Source: an uncultured archaeon (GTDB taxonomy: Archaea; Iainarchaeota; Iainarchaeia; Iainarchaeales; VGJJ01). Taken from it: 55,154 nucleotides of DNA. The notes beneath the pieces are model-generated. The model was not told where the DNA came from, made no database searches, and was given only the letters and a program-made list of their open reading frames with translations. Positions 9,793 through 19,522 of the stretch are shown here, one piece after another. The position numbers and the translations under genes are program-made. The stretch is taken from positions 1 through 55,154 of the forward strand of contig CAYIIU010000005.1 of assembly GCA_964363635.1 (NCBI GenBank). Reading direction: 5' to 3'. How positions within the stretch are numbered: the stretch's first letter is position 1; every line of letters begins with the position of its first letter.

Positions 9793-11433
9793 ATGCCCCA
9801 TACGCACGATTTACACGCCAAACATCCTCATCGAGCGGCCACTGAAAAAGACGCAGAAAAGAGTGAGGCAAAACCCATCCATTTCTCACAGCCCGTGCAG
9901 CAAGCGGTGAAAGAGTTAGGCTACGTGACGTGGACGCCCATCCAAGAGATGACCATCCCCCTCATTCTCGCAGGCAAGGATGTCATGGGACAATCCATGA
10001 CGGGAAGCGGAAAGACTGCGGCATTTGGTTTGCCAATCATTGAAAAGATGCGCCCGACGGGAGTGGTGCAAGTCCTCATCCTCGTACCCACACGTGAATT
10101 ATGCGAACAAGTCATGCAAGAGATGAGAAAGTTCTCCAAGCACAAACGAATGTCCGTTACGGCCGTATACGGCGGCGCCGCGATGGGATTGCAAATCCAA
10201 CACCTTCGTAGAACGGACATCGTGGTGGGAACACCCGGACGCGTGTTAGATCACATCGAACGCGGAACCTTACGCTTGAATGCCATTCACACCCTTGTCT
10301 TAGACGAAGCCGACCGAATGCTCGACATGGGATTCATCCAAGATATGAAAAAAATCATCCGACTCATACCTATCCAACGGCAAACCCTTCTTTTTTCCGC
10401 AACTTTTTCGCACGAAATTCAACAGATTGCCGCGCAACATATGAAACACCCTCAACTTGTCAAAGCACAAACGTACGTGGACAAGGGAAAGCTCGAACAA
10501 ATCTATTATGATTTGGACAAGAAAGCCGACCAAAAATTTGGACTTTTGGTTCACGTTCTCAACACCGAAAAACCCCCCCTCGCCATTATTTTTTGCGGCA
10601 CGCGAAGAAACGTGGACAAAGTGGAACGCAATTTGAACGCGCAAGGGATTAAGGCCGAGGCGATTCACGGCGGACTCTCTCAAAACCAACGTAAACGCAC
10701 CCTACAAGATTTCCACTCGGGACGATTCCACGTTCTCGTGGCAAGCGATGTGGCCGCGCGCGGATTAGACATCAAGAATGTCTCGCACATCATCAACTAT
10801 GACATTTCACGCACCCCTTCGGATTACATTCATCGCTCGGGACGCACCGCACGCGCGGGAGAAGCCGGAAAAATCATCTCACTCTTGGCACCACTGGACT
10901 ATGATTATTTCCGCTCGATTGTGAGAGACAAGTCACACAACATCACCGAATTGCCCTTGCCCGAATTTGCATCGATTGCCTATTCAACAGGAAAAGGACG
11001 CGCGCACATGGAACAAGCGTCCGAGCACACGCAACGCGCGAGCGGCGGACACGGACGCTCATTCGGCGGACGACGCGAAACCTTTCAACGAGCGGGAAAT
11101 TTTGCCCCGCACAACCGAAGCCCGTCGCATAGACACACGTACACGCCTTCGCACGCACCCGTGCATTCGGAAGGAAAATCATTCTCGCAGCAAGAGGCAA
11201 CTGGACAAGCGTATGGAAACCGAGACCGGACGCACAAACCTTCATTCGGAAACCGAAAGCCCTTTGAGAAACACGACTCGTACGGAAAAAAGCCTTACGG
11301 AAGCAAGCCCTTTGGGAAAAAGCCTTTTGGAAAACCCGGAATGAAAAGCGGAAAGGGCAACGCTTACGGTGACCAAGAATTCAAAATTGTCAAGCACTTC
11401 GGATTGAAACACGCGAAGAAAGACGACCAGTAA
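9793..11433 (+). CDS. DEAD-box RNA helicase with basic low-complexity C-terminal tail
   Basis: TGSGKT, PTREL, TPGR, DEAD, SAT, ARGLD, HRSGRTAR; KPF/YG repeats in the tail. Confidence 0.95.
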   Translation: MPHTHDLHAKHPHRAATEKDAEKSEAKPIHFSQPVQQAVKELGYVTWTPIQEMTIPLILAGKDVMGQSMTGSGKTAAFGLPIIEKMRPTGVVQVLILVPTRELCEQVMQEMRKFSKHKRMSVTAVYGGAAMGLQIQHLRRTDIVVGTPGRVLDHIERGTLRLNAIHTLVLDEADRMLDMGFIQDMKKIIRLIPIQRQTLLFSATFSHEIQQIAAQHMKHPQLVKAQTYVDKGKLEQIYYDLDKKADQKFGLLVHVLNTEKPPLAIIFCGTRRNVDKVERNLNAQGIKAEAIHGGLSQNQRKRTLQDFHSGRFHVLVASDVAARGLDIKNVSHIINYDISRTPSDYIHRSGRTARAGEAGKIISLLAPLDYDYFRSIVRDKSHNITELPLPEFASIAYSTGKGRAHMEQASEHTQRASGGHGRSFGGRRETFQRAGNFAPHNRSPSHRHTYTPSHAPVHSEGKSFSQQEATGQAYGNRDRTHKPSFGNRKPFEKHDSYGKKPYGSKPFGKKPFGKPGMKSGKGNAYGDQEFKIVKHFGLKHAKKDDQ

Positions 11434-11456
11434 TTTTTCATTCGATTATTTTTCCA

Positions 11457-11705
11457 TCATTCCTTATTTTTTATTAATTCCAATTTCTTTTTCCTCGAAA
11501 ATGTTTTGATTTCCGCCTCGCGGCGCATCGCCGTCCGTTGAGAGGAGAATTTTTCAGAATAAACCAATTTGACGGGGAGACGCACACGCGTGAATCTGCT
11601 GGCACGCCCAAGCTGATGCATCTTCAACCGGCGCTCCATGTTATTCGTGTACCCGCAATAGAGTTTTCCGTCCGAACAAGCCAGCAAATACGTCCAAAAC
11701 ACCAT
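11457..11705 (-). CDS. GIY-YIG nuclease family protein (UPF0213/YhbQ-like)
   Basis: TYLL..DGKLYCGYTNN..RRL..H, FTR.R.PV.LVY.E, A.RRE..IK. Confidence 0.9.
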   Translation of the reverse strand: MVFWTYLLACSDGKLYCGYTNNMERRLKMHQLGRASRFTRVRLPVKLVYSEKFSSQRTAMRREAEIKTFSRKKKLELIKNKE

Positions 11706-11783
11706 GAATACGTAAAGTGTCCCGCCTATTTATGACCGCCATCCAGCCAGCATTAAAAAACTCATCGGACACCCGATAGATAC

Positions 11784-13544
11784 ATGGTCATTATCCCCGG
11801 ATGGAAATTCCTCCGCGAACATAAGAAAACGATTGCATTAGCCATGGGACTGGCGGCCATCAACCAGCTCTTTTCCCTGATGGACCCGCTCATCTTTCGA
11901 TTTATTATCGATGATTATGCCACCAAAGTCACGACACTCTCAACAAGTCAATTCCTTTCGGGAGTAGTCATGCTTCTCCTTGCCTCGATGGGAGTGGCAT
12001 TCGTTTCCCGCACAGCTAAAACATTCCAAGACTATTACACGAATGTTATTACGCAGCGCGTGGGAACGGAAATGTACTCGCGCTCGGTGGAACATACTTT
12101 TTCTCTCCCATATTCTGTTTTTGAAGACCGCCGTTCGGGAGAAATATTGCAAAAACTCCAAAAGGCCCGCACGGACATCCAAGGGTTTATCGAAAGCGCT
12201 ATTGGAATATTATTTTTCTCCATGGTGGGAATTGCATTTGTTCTAGTGTACGCATTCCTGACTCACTGGGCCATCGGAGCAGCGTACGTGCTCATGATCC
12301 CCCTTTTGGGGAGCATTACATTTGTACTCTCCACACGAATTAAGTCCGCGCAAAAAGCGATTGTCATGGAAACAGCTGAATTAGCCGGAAGCACCACGGA
12401 AACCATTCGAAATGTGGAACTTGTCAAGAGTATGGGGCTTGAATCACAGGAAATTGCACGACTAAATCACGTCAACGAAAAAATTTTAGGACTGGAATTG
12501 AAAAAAGTGCGGCTCGTACGGACGCTTGGATTTGTGCAGGGCACACTCATCAATGCGCTGCGCACCGGATTGTTAGGACTCATGCTCTGGCTCGTGTTCC
12601 AGCAACAAATCACTCTCGGGTCGCTTTTTTCGCTCTTATTTTATTCGTTTTTCATCTTTGGACCGCTCGCGGAATTGGGAACGGTGGCGCAACGCTATCA
12701 GGAAGCACGCGCCTCGTTGGACGCGCTGGATGAAATACTCGCCCTTCCTCCCCAAGCACGGCCCAAAAAACCTGCGGCACTCGAAAAGATTACGCACATC
12801 ACCTATGAGGATGTCTCGTTCACGTATCCCTCCACGAAAATTCCCTCGGTGAAGAACATTTCCATCGACATCCGCGCGGGAGAAACCATTGCTTTCGCCG
12901 GTTCATCCGGGAGCGGAAAGTCCACACTCGTCAAACTACTCACAGGACTTTACTTGCCTACGCAAGGAAGAATCACCATTAATGGTACGGACATGAAACG
13001 CTTGGACTCGGAACGCGTACGCGCGCGCATTGGAATTGTAGCGCAGGAAACACAATTATTCGCGGGGACGCTGCGCGAGAATTTATTGTTTGTCAACCCG
13101 CGCGCGAGCGAAGAAGAATGCATCGCCGCGCTCAACCACGCGAATGCGCAGCATTTGATTCAGCGCGGAGAAAAAGGATTGGACAACAAGATTGGCGAAG
13201 GCGGAATCAAACTCTCCGGTGGAGAGAAGCAGCGCCTCGCCATTGCACGCGCCTTGTTGAGAAACCCCGATGTGTTGATTTTTGATGAGGCCACATCGGC
13301 ATTGGACTCAATAACGGAACACTCTATCACAGAAACGATTCAACAGATTAAGAAGAACCGGCCGCACACGATTTGCGTGATCATTGCCCACCGACTCTCA
13401 ACGATTGCCCACGCGGACCGCATCCTCGTGTTGGAAAAAGGACGCGCAGTAGAAGAAGGCACTCATGCTCAACTGGTTCGAAAGAAAGGACTATACTACG
13501 CATTCTGGAGACAGCAAAGCGGATCTTCCAACGGCGACGAATAG
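11784..13544 (+). CDS. ABC exporter, fused permease/ATPase (MsbA-like)
   Basis: N-terminal TM domain; GSSGSGKS, LSGGEKQR, DEATSALD, AHRLST. Confidence 0.93.
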   Translation: MVIIPGWKFLREHKKTIALAMGLAAINQLFSLMDPLIFRFIIDDYATKVTTLSTSQFLSGVVMLLLASMGVAFVSRTAKTFQDYYTNVITQRVGTEMYSRSVEHTFSLPYSVFEDRRSGEILQKLQKARTDIQGFIESAIGILFFSMVGIAFVLVYAFLTHWAIGAAYVLMIPLLGSITFVLSTRIKSAQKAIVMETAELAGSTTETIRNVELVKSMGLESQEIARLNHVNEKILGLELKKVRLVRTLGFVQGTLINALRTGLLGLMLWLVFQQQITLGSLFSLLFYSFFIFGPLAELGTVAQRYQEARASLDALDEILALPPQARPKKPAALEKITHITYEDVSFTYPSTKIPSVKNISIDIRAGETIAFAGSSGSGKSTLVKLLTGLYLPTQGRITINGTDMKRLDSERVRARIGIVAQETQLFAGTLRENLLFVNPRASEEECIAALNHANAQHLIQRGEKGLDNKIGEGGIKLSGGEKQRLAIARALLRNPDVLIFDEATSALDSITEHSITETIQQIKKNRPHTICVIIAHRLSTIAHADRILVLEKGRAVEEGTHAQLVRKKGLYYAFWRQQSGSSNGDE

Positions 13545-13607
13545 CACGCGCGCGAACGATTACACTCAAATGGAGAGTTTTATAACCCCGATTTTAGTGC
13601 ATGATGC

Positions 13608-15374
13608 ATGTACGCTCAACAAATTGAAAAAATTCCCGTGTGGAATCTGAAACAATTGTACGCGGACGAGAAAGCGCTGAAGAAAGACTTGAAAATCGTG
13701 GCGCGGCAGACGGAAGACTTCCTCAAATACCGAAAGCTGCTCGAGCGAAAACCCACTCGTGAATTAGTCGAAGAGGCGATGGAGAAGAATGAAGAAATGG
13801 CCATCCTTTCCCACAAGATGGGAACGTATTCCATGTTAAAGTTCGCGCAAAACACGCAGGATGAAGAAGCGAAAGCATTGCAAAACAATTTGACGCAATT
13901 CTTCACCAACATGGGAAACCAAACGCTGTATTTTGGACTGTGGTGGAAAAATTTAGACGATAAAACGGCCAAAAAACTGGCGCCGCACAACAAAGAACAC
14001 GCGTATGCATTAAACGAAATGCGAAAATACCGCAAGCATCTGCTTTCGGAAAAAGAAGAGCAGATTATCAACCTCAAAGATGCCAATGGAAGCGATGCTC
14101 TCGTTAAACTCTATGAAATTGCCACGTCGGGGTATACGTTCCCGTGGAAAAAGGGACTGAAAACGATTCACATCTCGGAAGAAGAACTGCGCCCGCACAT
14201 TCAGGGAAAGGACCCTAAACTCCGCGTGAAAGCGTACAACATGCTGTGGAAAAAATTCGGCGAACATGCCGGAGAATTGGGAGAAATATACGTGGATTTG
14301 ACGCATAATTATTGGAATGAACACGTCACGTTGAGAAAATTTGAATCACCCATCTCGGTGCGCAACAAAGCCAATAATTTAGACGACGAAATGGTGAAAA
14401 ATTTCCTGCGCGTGTGCGAACAGAACACGGACATCTTTCAAGAATACATGGAGTGGAAAATGGACTTGCTGCACGTGCCCTTTTCACGCTATCACACGTA
14501 TGCACCGCTCCCGCACCCGAACAAAAAATACACGTTCGAGGAAGGATACGCCACCGTAATGTCCGCGTACGATAGTTTTTCCCCCCGATTCAAACGTGAA
14601 GCTAACCGTGTGCATGCTCAAAAAAGATTGGACGCTCAACTCCGAAAAGGAAAACGCGGCGGAGCCTTCTGTGCGAATGCCACACCCAACGAGACGGCAT
14701 TCGTGCACATGAATTGGAATGGGAAGCTGCATGACGTGTTCACCCTCGCGCATGAATTGGGGCACGCAGTGCACGACCACGTGTCGGGGCACCATTCCAT
14801 TTTTTTGCAGCAAGCCGGTTTGCCCCTCGCGGAAACCGCTTCCACTTTCGGAGAAATGCTCCTCGCGGAAAAACTCAAAAGAGAAAACGGACACTCGAGC
14901 ATGGGAAAATACCTCCTCGCGCAGCAATTGGACGATGCCTATTCGTCTATTCAACGGCAAGCATTCTTCTGCAAGTTTGAAGTGGATGCGTTTGATGCGG
15001 TGCATGCGGGAAGCAGCGTGACGGAGTTGAATGAATTGTATTATGAAAATCTGCGCACGCAATTCGGAAAGAAAATGGATATTCCCATCGAAGCCTCGTA
15101 CGAATGGTTGATGATTCCCCACATCTTTGAGGCGCCGTTTTACGTGTACGCATACGCTTTCGGCCAGCTCTTGGTCACGGCGCTGTGGGAAATGTACCAG
15201 AAAGAAGGGAAGGATTTCGTTCCGCGCTATGAGAAGTTTTTATCGTACGGCGGAAGCAAGGATCCTGAAAAAATGCTCCTCGAAATAGGATTCGACCCGC
15301 GACGCAAACAATCGTGGCAGAGCGGATTTCACGTGCTGCGCAACAAGCTTCGCGAACTGAAAAAAATGGAATAA
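13608..15374 (+). CDS. pepF: M3 family oligoendopeptidase F
   Basis: W.L..LY, GKRGGAF, TLAHELGHAVH, AETASTFGE, FYVYAYAFG. Confidence 0.92.
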   Translation: MYAQQIEKIPVWNLKQLYADEKALKKDLKIVARQTEDFLKYRKLLERKPTRELVEEAMEKNEEMAILSHKMGTYSMLKFAQNTQDEEAKALQNNLTQFFTNMGNQTLYFGLWWKNLDDKTAKKLAPHNKEHAYALNEMRKYRKHLLSEKEEQIINLKDANGSDALVKLYEIATSGYTFPWKKGLKTIHISEEELRPHIQGKDPKLRVKAYNMLWKKFGEHAGELGEIYVDLTHNYWNEHVTLRKFESPISVRNKANNLDDEMVKNFLRVCEQNTDIFQEYMEWKMDLLHVPFSRYHTYAPLPHPNKKYTFEEGYATVMSAYDSFSPRFKREANRVHAQKRLDAQLRKGKRGGAFCANATPNETAFVHMNWNGKLHDVFTLAHELGHAVHDHVSGHHSIFLQQAGLPLAETASTFGEMLLAEKLKRENGHSSMGKYLLAQQLDDAYSSIQRQAFFCKFEVDAFDAVHAGSSVTELNELYYENLRTQFGKKMDIPIEASYEWLMIPHIFEAPFYVYAYAFGQLLVTALWEMYQKEGKDFVPRYEKFLSYGGSKDPEKMLLEIGFDPRRKQSWQSGFHVLRNKLRELKKME

Positions 15375-15434
15375 TTCACTGAAAACACGCATTTTATACT
15401 GCAATATAATAATAGAATTGGTTGTAATTAACGA

Positions 15435-15812
15435 ATGGACGAGCCCAAAGAGATTAAACACATCATCCGACGCATCAGTGAACTGCCGGGGATTACGCGC
15501 TGGTATGTGTTAAGCGCGGACGACAAAAAATACGTCAATGAAAAAGAAGATGAGAATAATTTAGGCGTGCGCGAAGCGGTAAAACGAAAATATTGCGTGT
15601 GCGCGGTGCACGATTCCAATTGGAGAGAACCCACGCAAAATATTGTGCGCCAAGAAAAAGGGGAAATTGTCTTTCCCCCCGTTGTGTTTCCGGAAGTCCC
15701 CGCGCACAATGTGGTTTCCTCGTCTCCGGGAATTGAAATTCATGATTATTTGGCCAAAAAAATCCGTGTGGAAACAGACGAAGCCACGTTGCTCATCGGT
15801 TTCGACTTGTGA
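15435..15812 (+). CDS. Hypothetical protein
   Basis: 125-aa frame with a globular-looking composition; TATA-like TATAATAA about 25 nt upstream. Confidence 0.7.
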   Translation: MDEPKEIKHIIRRISELPGITRWYVLSADDKKYVNEKEDENNLGVREAVKRKYCVCAVHDSNWREPTQNIVRQEKGEIVFPPVVFPEVPAHNVVSSSPGIEIHDYLAKKIRVETDEATLLIGFDL

Positions 15813-15828
15813 ATCGTCCAAAACCTAC

Positions 15829-16464
15829 TCAGCGGTTTTGAAACAACGGCTTGGTCGCGGGCTTCAAACGAAATAAACATTTGACCCATACGCGAGAACC
15901 AGTGGTTTGCTGATAGTGGTGAATCACATCAAACTTGGCTGAAAAAAGTTTGATTAGTTCCTCTTCTGAAAAATACGTGAACCAGCGCTTGGTGTTATCC
16001 CCATTCTCCGCGGGCTCAAACCCTTCATCTACTCCTTCTTTCGCGCTCACAAACAATAGTCCGTTTGGTTTCAGCAATTTCGCCCACGTCTGGACCAGCT
16101 GGGGAACTCTGCTGCGGGGGATGTGCATAATGGCCGCGTGGGCCCAAATCCCATCGTACGAATATGGATAGAGTAAGGGCTGCTCCATGTCCATCTTACG
16201 CACGTTCAATCCCTTTTGGATGCAGCGCTCCAGAAAACCCTCCGAAAGATCGATTCCCAGCGCCTCGACTCCTTGTTCGCGAAAATACTCCAAATAGATT
16301 CCCGGACCGCATCCCGCGTCGAGGACTTTAGGTCCTTTTAGCTCGGAAACGAAACGTTGGACATCCGGCAAGGCGTATTCCTCAAAATGTTTTCGAAATT
16401 TGTCTTCGTGGTATGCTGGATTCTGATTATACGAAACGGCATTTTCTTTCTGGTCCAACAACAT
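15829..16464 (-). CDS. Class I SAM-dependent methyltransferase
   Basis: VLDAGCGPG, GIDLS, YDGIWAHAAIMH; GGTGA RBS upstream of ATG 16464. Confidence 0.88.
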   Translation of the reverse strand: MLLDQKENAVSYNQNPAYHEDKFRKHFEEYALPDVQRFVSELKGPKVLDAGCGPGIYLEYFREQGVEALGIDLSEGFLERCIQKGLNVRKMDMEQPLLYPYSYDGIWAHAAIMHIPRSRVPQLVQTWAKLLKPNGLLFVSAKEGVDEGFEPAENGDNTKRWFTYFSEEELIKLFSAKFDVIHHYQQTTGSRVWVKCLFRLKPATKPLFQNR

Positions 16465-16483
16465 ACAATTCACCTACATCCAT

Positions 16484-17425
16484 TCAAAACGTACGGGACT
16501 CACTAGCTATACGCATCACACCCTCTAAATCCTTTGCCTGCATGAGGCCCACCCGGGCTTGTTTCACCCCATGCAAACCCGCTAACATACCTGAAACCTG
16601 GGCTTTAATATCCGACAAATCAGACACGGGGTACTTTTGGCACCAGGCAAAATACTTTTCCAGCACTTCCGCACGCGAAGGAACACTCAACCCGGCCACT
16701 TCGGAGAAAATACTCGGGTTATTCCACGCGGCGCGGCCAATCATGACCAAATCGCAATAGTTTTGGTCAATTTTTTCCATTACATCTGCGGCGTTCTTCA
16801 CATCTCCGTTTCCAATGACGGGAATACTCACGAGATTTTTTATTTTTTTTATATACTCCCAATCGACCTTTCCGGAGTACCCTTGCTGCGCCGTTCGTGC
16901 ATGCACGGCAATACCTTTCACACCAGCGTCTTCTATTTTGCGCACGAATTCGTGAAGTACCGGAACGTCCCAGCCCATGCGCAATTTGCACGTGACGGGC
17001 TTTTTTGAAATGAAAACCGCGGCTTCAATGAGTGAAATCATTTTCTCGGGAGTTTTCAACAAATACGCTCCGCACCCGCCGCCGGTTATTTTAGGAGAAG
17101 GACAGCCGAAATTGATGTCTACCAAATCAAAGTCACGCTCAACATATTCAATAGCCGTGCACAAGTCCTTTTCGTTGGGCGCAAACAATTGCACGCCGCA
17201 CGGGTGCTCTTCCTTTACGGTGTGAACACGCGCGAAGACTTTATTGTTGCTCGTTTTTTTCCCCTCAACATTTCGCGCGATGGCAATGGCAGAAGCAAAT
17301 TCGGTGTAGGTCAACCCCGCGCCGAGCTCTTGGCATAGGAGACGAAAAGGTAATGTGGACACACCCGACATGGGAGCGAGCACGGCAGGGGAAGAGAGTT
17401 TCAATCCCGCGTAGGAGTATTTCAT
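16484..17425 (-). CDS. dus: tRNA-dihydrouridine synthase (DusB-like)
   Basis: LAPMSG, DINFGCP, VHART, GNGDV, MIGRAA. Confidence 0.93.
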   Translation of the reverse strand: MKYSYAGLKLSSPAVLAPMSGVSTLPFRLLCQELGAGLTYTEFASAIAIARNVEGKKTSNNKVFARVHTVKEEHPCGVQLFAPNEKDLCTAIEYVERDFDLVDINFGCPSPKITGGGCGAYLLKTPEKMISLIEAAVFISKKPVTCKLRMGWDVPVLHEFVRKIEDAGVKGIAVHARTAQQGYSGKVDWEYIKKIKNLVSIPVIGNGDVKNAADVMEKIDQNYCDLVMIGRAAWNNPSIFSEVAGLSVPSRAEVLEKYFAWCQKYPVSDLSDIKAQVSGMLAGLHGVKQARVGLMQAKDLEGVMRIASESRTF

Positions 17426-17524
17426 ATTCAATAGTACTACCAAAGGGTTATAGGAATTGGCTGGATTTGAACCCGCTTGAAAATTTTCCCTAGCTTTAAA
17501 ACGCTACTCTCAACCTTCGTCAGA

Positions 17525-17947
17525 ATGGCTTTACGCTTCTACATCGACACGTGCATCTGGAGGGACTACTTAGAGGAACGCTCGGACGGAATGAACGATT
17601 TGGGTCAAATAGCCCTGCACTTTATTGAAAATTGCTTAACGCACCATGCCGCTATTTTGTATTCTCAACTAGTTGGGGAAGAACTCAAGAATGCTCAACT
17701 TGATTGCTTTAATGAGATTAAACAACTGATGGGAAAGAACCTTCTTGAAATCTCCATTTCAGAAAACCAACTGAATGAAGCAAAGCAACTGGCGCAACTA
17801 AAAAAGATTTCAAAAAATGATGCCATTCATGCCATTCTCGCACGCGACAACAATGCCATCTTAATCACCCGCGATGTAGATTTTGAAGAACTATCAACCA
17901 TTACAAAATGGGAGAAGCCCGAAAACATTAGTTTTTCTTTGCTTTAA
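17525..17947 (+). CDS. PIN-domain protein (VapC-like toxin)
   Basis: YIDTCIW, DAIHAILA, LITRD.DF; start taken at ATG 17525. Confidence 0.88.
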   Translation: MALRFYIDTCIWRDYLEERSDGMNDLGQIALHFIENCLTHHAAILYSQLVGEELKNAQLDCFNEIKQLMGKNLLEISISENQLNEAKQLAQLKKISKNDAIHAILARDNNAILITRDVDFEELSTITKWEKPENISFSLL

Positions 17948-18230
17948 TGTCAGCCTCGATTTTATTAAAAATCTCTTCTCCACCCTTTCCATTCCGCCAT
18001 GCCAAAAATTCTTCATCGGTCTTAAAACGACCCTTCCCCTTCATACTCCCGTACAATTTGCGGACCCCTGCCAACGTTTTCTTCATCTGCTGCTCTTCCT
18101 CGGATTTTTTGAGTTTGTCCCGGATAGCATCGCGGATAAACTCCGTCTTCGTGGCGTAATGAAACTCCTTCATTACGGACGCAATCTTCCGAGCCATCGA
18201 AGACTCCAACTTTAAACTCACATTTTCCAT
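17928..18230 (-). CDS. Ribbon-helix-helix (CopG-like) protein, putative antitoxin
   Basis: N-terminal beta strand VSLKL followed by TKTEFIRDAIR. Confidence 0.8.
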   Translation of the reverse strand: MENVSLKLESSMARKIASVMKEFHYATKTEFIRDAIRDKLKKSEEEQQMKKTLAGVRKLYGSMKGKGRFKTDEEFLAWRNGKGGEEIFNKIEADIKAKKN

Positions 18231-18477
18231 ACTACTATGTATTACTTAGTGCTCCTTATAAAATGAGCGAAAAAAAGGCTAAAAAATGCCATTCCGAAAA
18301 ATAACACCCACTAGCCGTGAACGAACTCCCCAAGAAGATGGATTAAATCAACTCATCCAACAAAATTCGGCCTAATCTCAAAAAAAACTAGCGCGCAATG
18401 GAGATGAATCCCCTGCCAGCGGATGGGCTTTAAAAGCATTGTTTGACCGAATTTGAGTAGCATAAAGTCGCGCCGAA

Positions 18478-18542
18478 GGACTATTATCGGGGATTTCCAA
18501 AAATCCCCACATAGGCTTTTGATCGAACTTTTGCAAAAGTTC
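18478..18542. repeat. Composite palindromic element (type-A plus type-B hairpins) abutting the tRNA-Ile 5' end
   Basis: GGACTAT-TATC-GGGGATTT-CCAA-AAATCCCC-AC-ATAGGC-TTTTGATC-GAACTTTT-GC-AAAAGTTC. Confidence 0.8.
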
Positions 18543-18616
18543 GCACTGGTAGCTTAGCCTGGTAGAGCACCCGACTGATAATCGGGAGGTCGGAGGTTCA
18601 AATCCTCCCCGGTGCA
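18543..18616 (+). tRNA. tRNA-Ile(GAT)
   Basis: Acceptor GCACTGG/CCGGTGC, anticodon arm CCCGA-CT-GAT-AA-TCGGG, T-loop GTTCAAAT. Confidence 0.95.
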
Positions 18617-18868
18617 CTTCGAACATAAAAATAGGATTATTTTAGTTCGTGAGTTTGAGAATCTCACGAACCCCTCATCGGAGGCCGGCATTACTGTTTT
18701 CGGCTGCCAATTGAAAATCGAATTTTCAAGAATAAATCAAATCGTATCTTGAATTTCCGAATACATTTGGCAATGAGTGTTGGAATTAATTCCAACGGAA
18801 TCATTGTATGTAGAATACAGCATCAGAATATTTAATCTAGCTCCTCGATGCGCACCAGTTACCCACTA

Positions 18869-19261
18869 TTACCGCAAAAATAGCGTATTTTTCCCTTTCA
18901 AGTGTTCGTCTTTGCTCACGATTTTCATTTTGCGCTTTTCGCTCAGAACAATCAGGAGAGCGTCAGTATAACGGATTCGATTTTCGATTTTTTTAAGTTC
19001 AGCATGCTTAATGCCAGCGTGATAATAATCTTCAATATCTTCGTTGGTGCTCCTTGACTTTGTTTTCATCTCATAAAAATAATCTTCTACTTCTAACCCT
19101 CTTCGAGTGGCCTTGCTAATAACTTCGCTGACTACAATTCCACACGTATAGCACACGTTCTCTGGACTTTCAAGAATGTGTTTGACTTTCTCTCCTACAG
19201 GAGTACCATCAAAATACTCAATCCAAGCAGAGGAATCTAGAAGATAATTAGTCTCGGTCAT
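18869..19261 (-). CDS. vapC: VapC/PIN toxin
   Basis: LLDSSAWIEYF, SEV, TDAL, SKDEH; overlaps the upstream antitoxin. Confidence 0.9.
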   Translation of the reverse strand: MTETNYLLDSSAWIEYFDGTPVGEKVKHILESPENVCYTCGIVVSEVISKATRRGLEVEDYFYEMKTKSRSTNEDIEDYYHAGIKHAELKKIENRIRYTDALLIVLSEKRKMKIVSKDEHLKGKNTLFLR

Positions 19262-19448
19262 TCCAGCGGTCCTCGTGTGTGAAGGGACCCAACTTTCCTT
19301 TAGCGGCCCCAAACATACTTTTCTGAACCGGTTTTAATTCTGCCGACACGGTATCGCCGGAGTCGAGATTAAGCCGTTTGACCTCTTCGGCAGGAATCGT
19401 CGTCATCATCGAACCCCCAACCTTTCGCACCTTCAAAAGAACACCCAT
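19248..19448 (-). CDS. AbrB/MazE-fold antitoxin (VapB-like)
   Basis: KVRKVGGSMMTTIP.E.VKRL.L..GD.V; operonic with the PIN gene. Confidence 0.88.
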   Translation of the reverse strand: MGVLLKVRKVGGSMMTTIPAEEVKRLNLDSGDTVSAELKPVQKSMFGAAKGKLGPFTHEDRWNDRD

Positions 19449-19454
19449 ATCTAA

Positions 19455-19475
19455 AAGTTATATACGAAGTTATAT
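19455..19475. promoter_or_regulatory. Putative autoregulatory operator: AAGTTATAT direct repeat next to the TATA box of the AbrB-PIN operon
   Basis: Two exact 9-mers at 19455-63 and 19467-75, immediately upstream of the antitoxin start. Confidence 0.5.
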
Positions 19476-19522
19476 TTATAGTCATCGGAGGAAAATGGCC
19501 GATTCAGTAAGTGGGTAGAGGG

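Noticed and set aside
11250-11345. Tandem repeats in the DEAD-box helicase tail
   Set aside because: Degenerate KPF/YG peptide repeats, ordinary for basic helicase C-termini.
17460-17476. tRNA T-arm-like fragment (reverse GCGGGTTCAAATCCAGC) as an att site or split tRNA
   Set aside because: Only 11 nt match tRNA-Ile, in inverted orientation, with a mismatched stem and no acceptor strand.
18286-18375. 29-aa ORF MPFRKITPTSRERT.. behind a TATA-like box
   Set aside because: Too short, no motif; the TATA box is explained by the divergent RHH gene.
18675-19491. TCATCGGAGG direct repeat flanking the AbrB-PIN module as a target-site duplication
   Set aside because: Only 10 bp, and the same word occurs inside the MFS gene near 3964, so chance is plausible.
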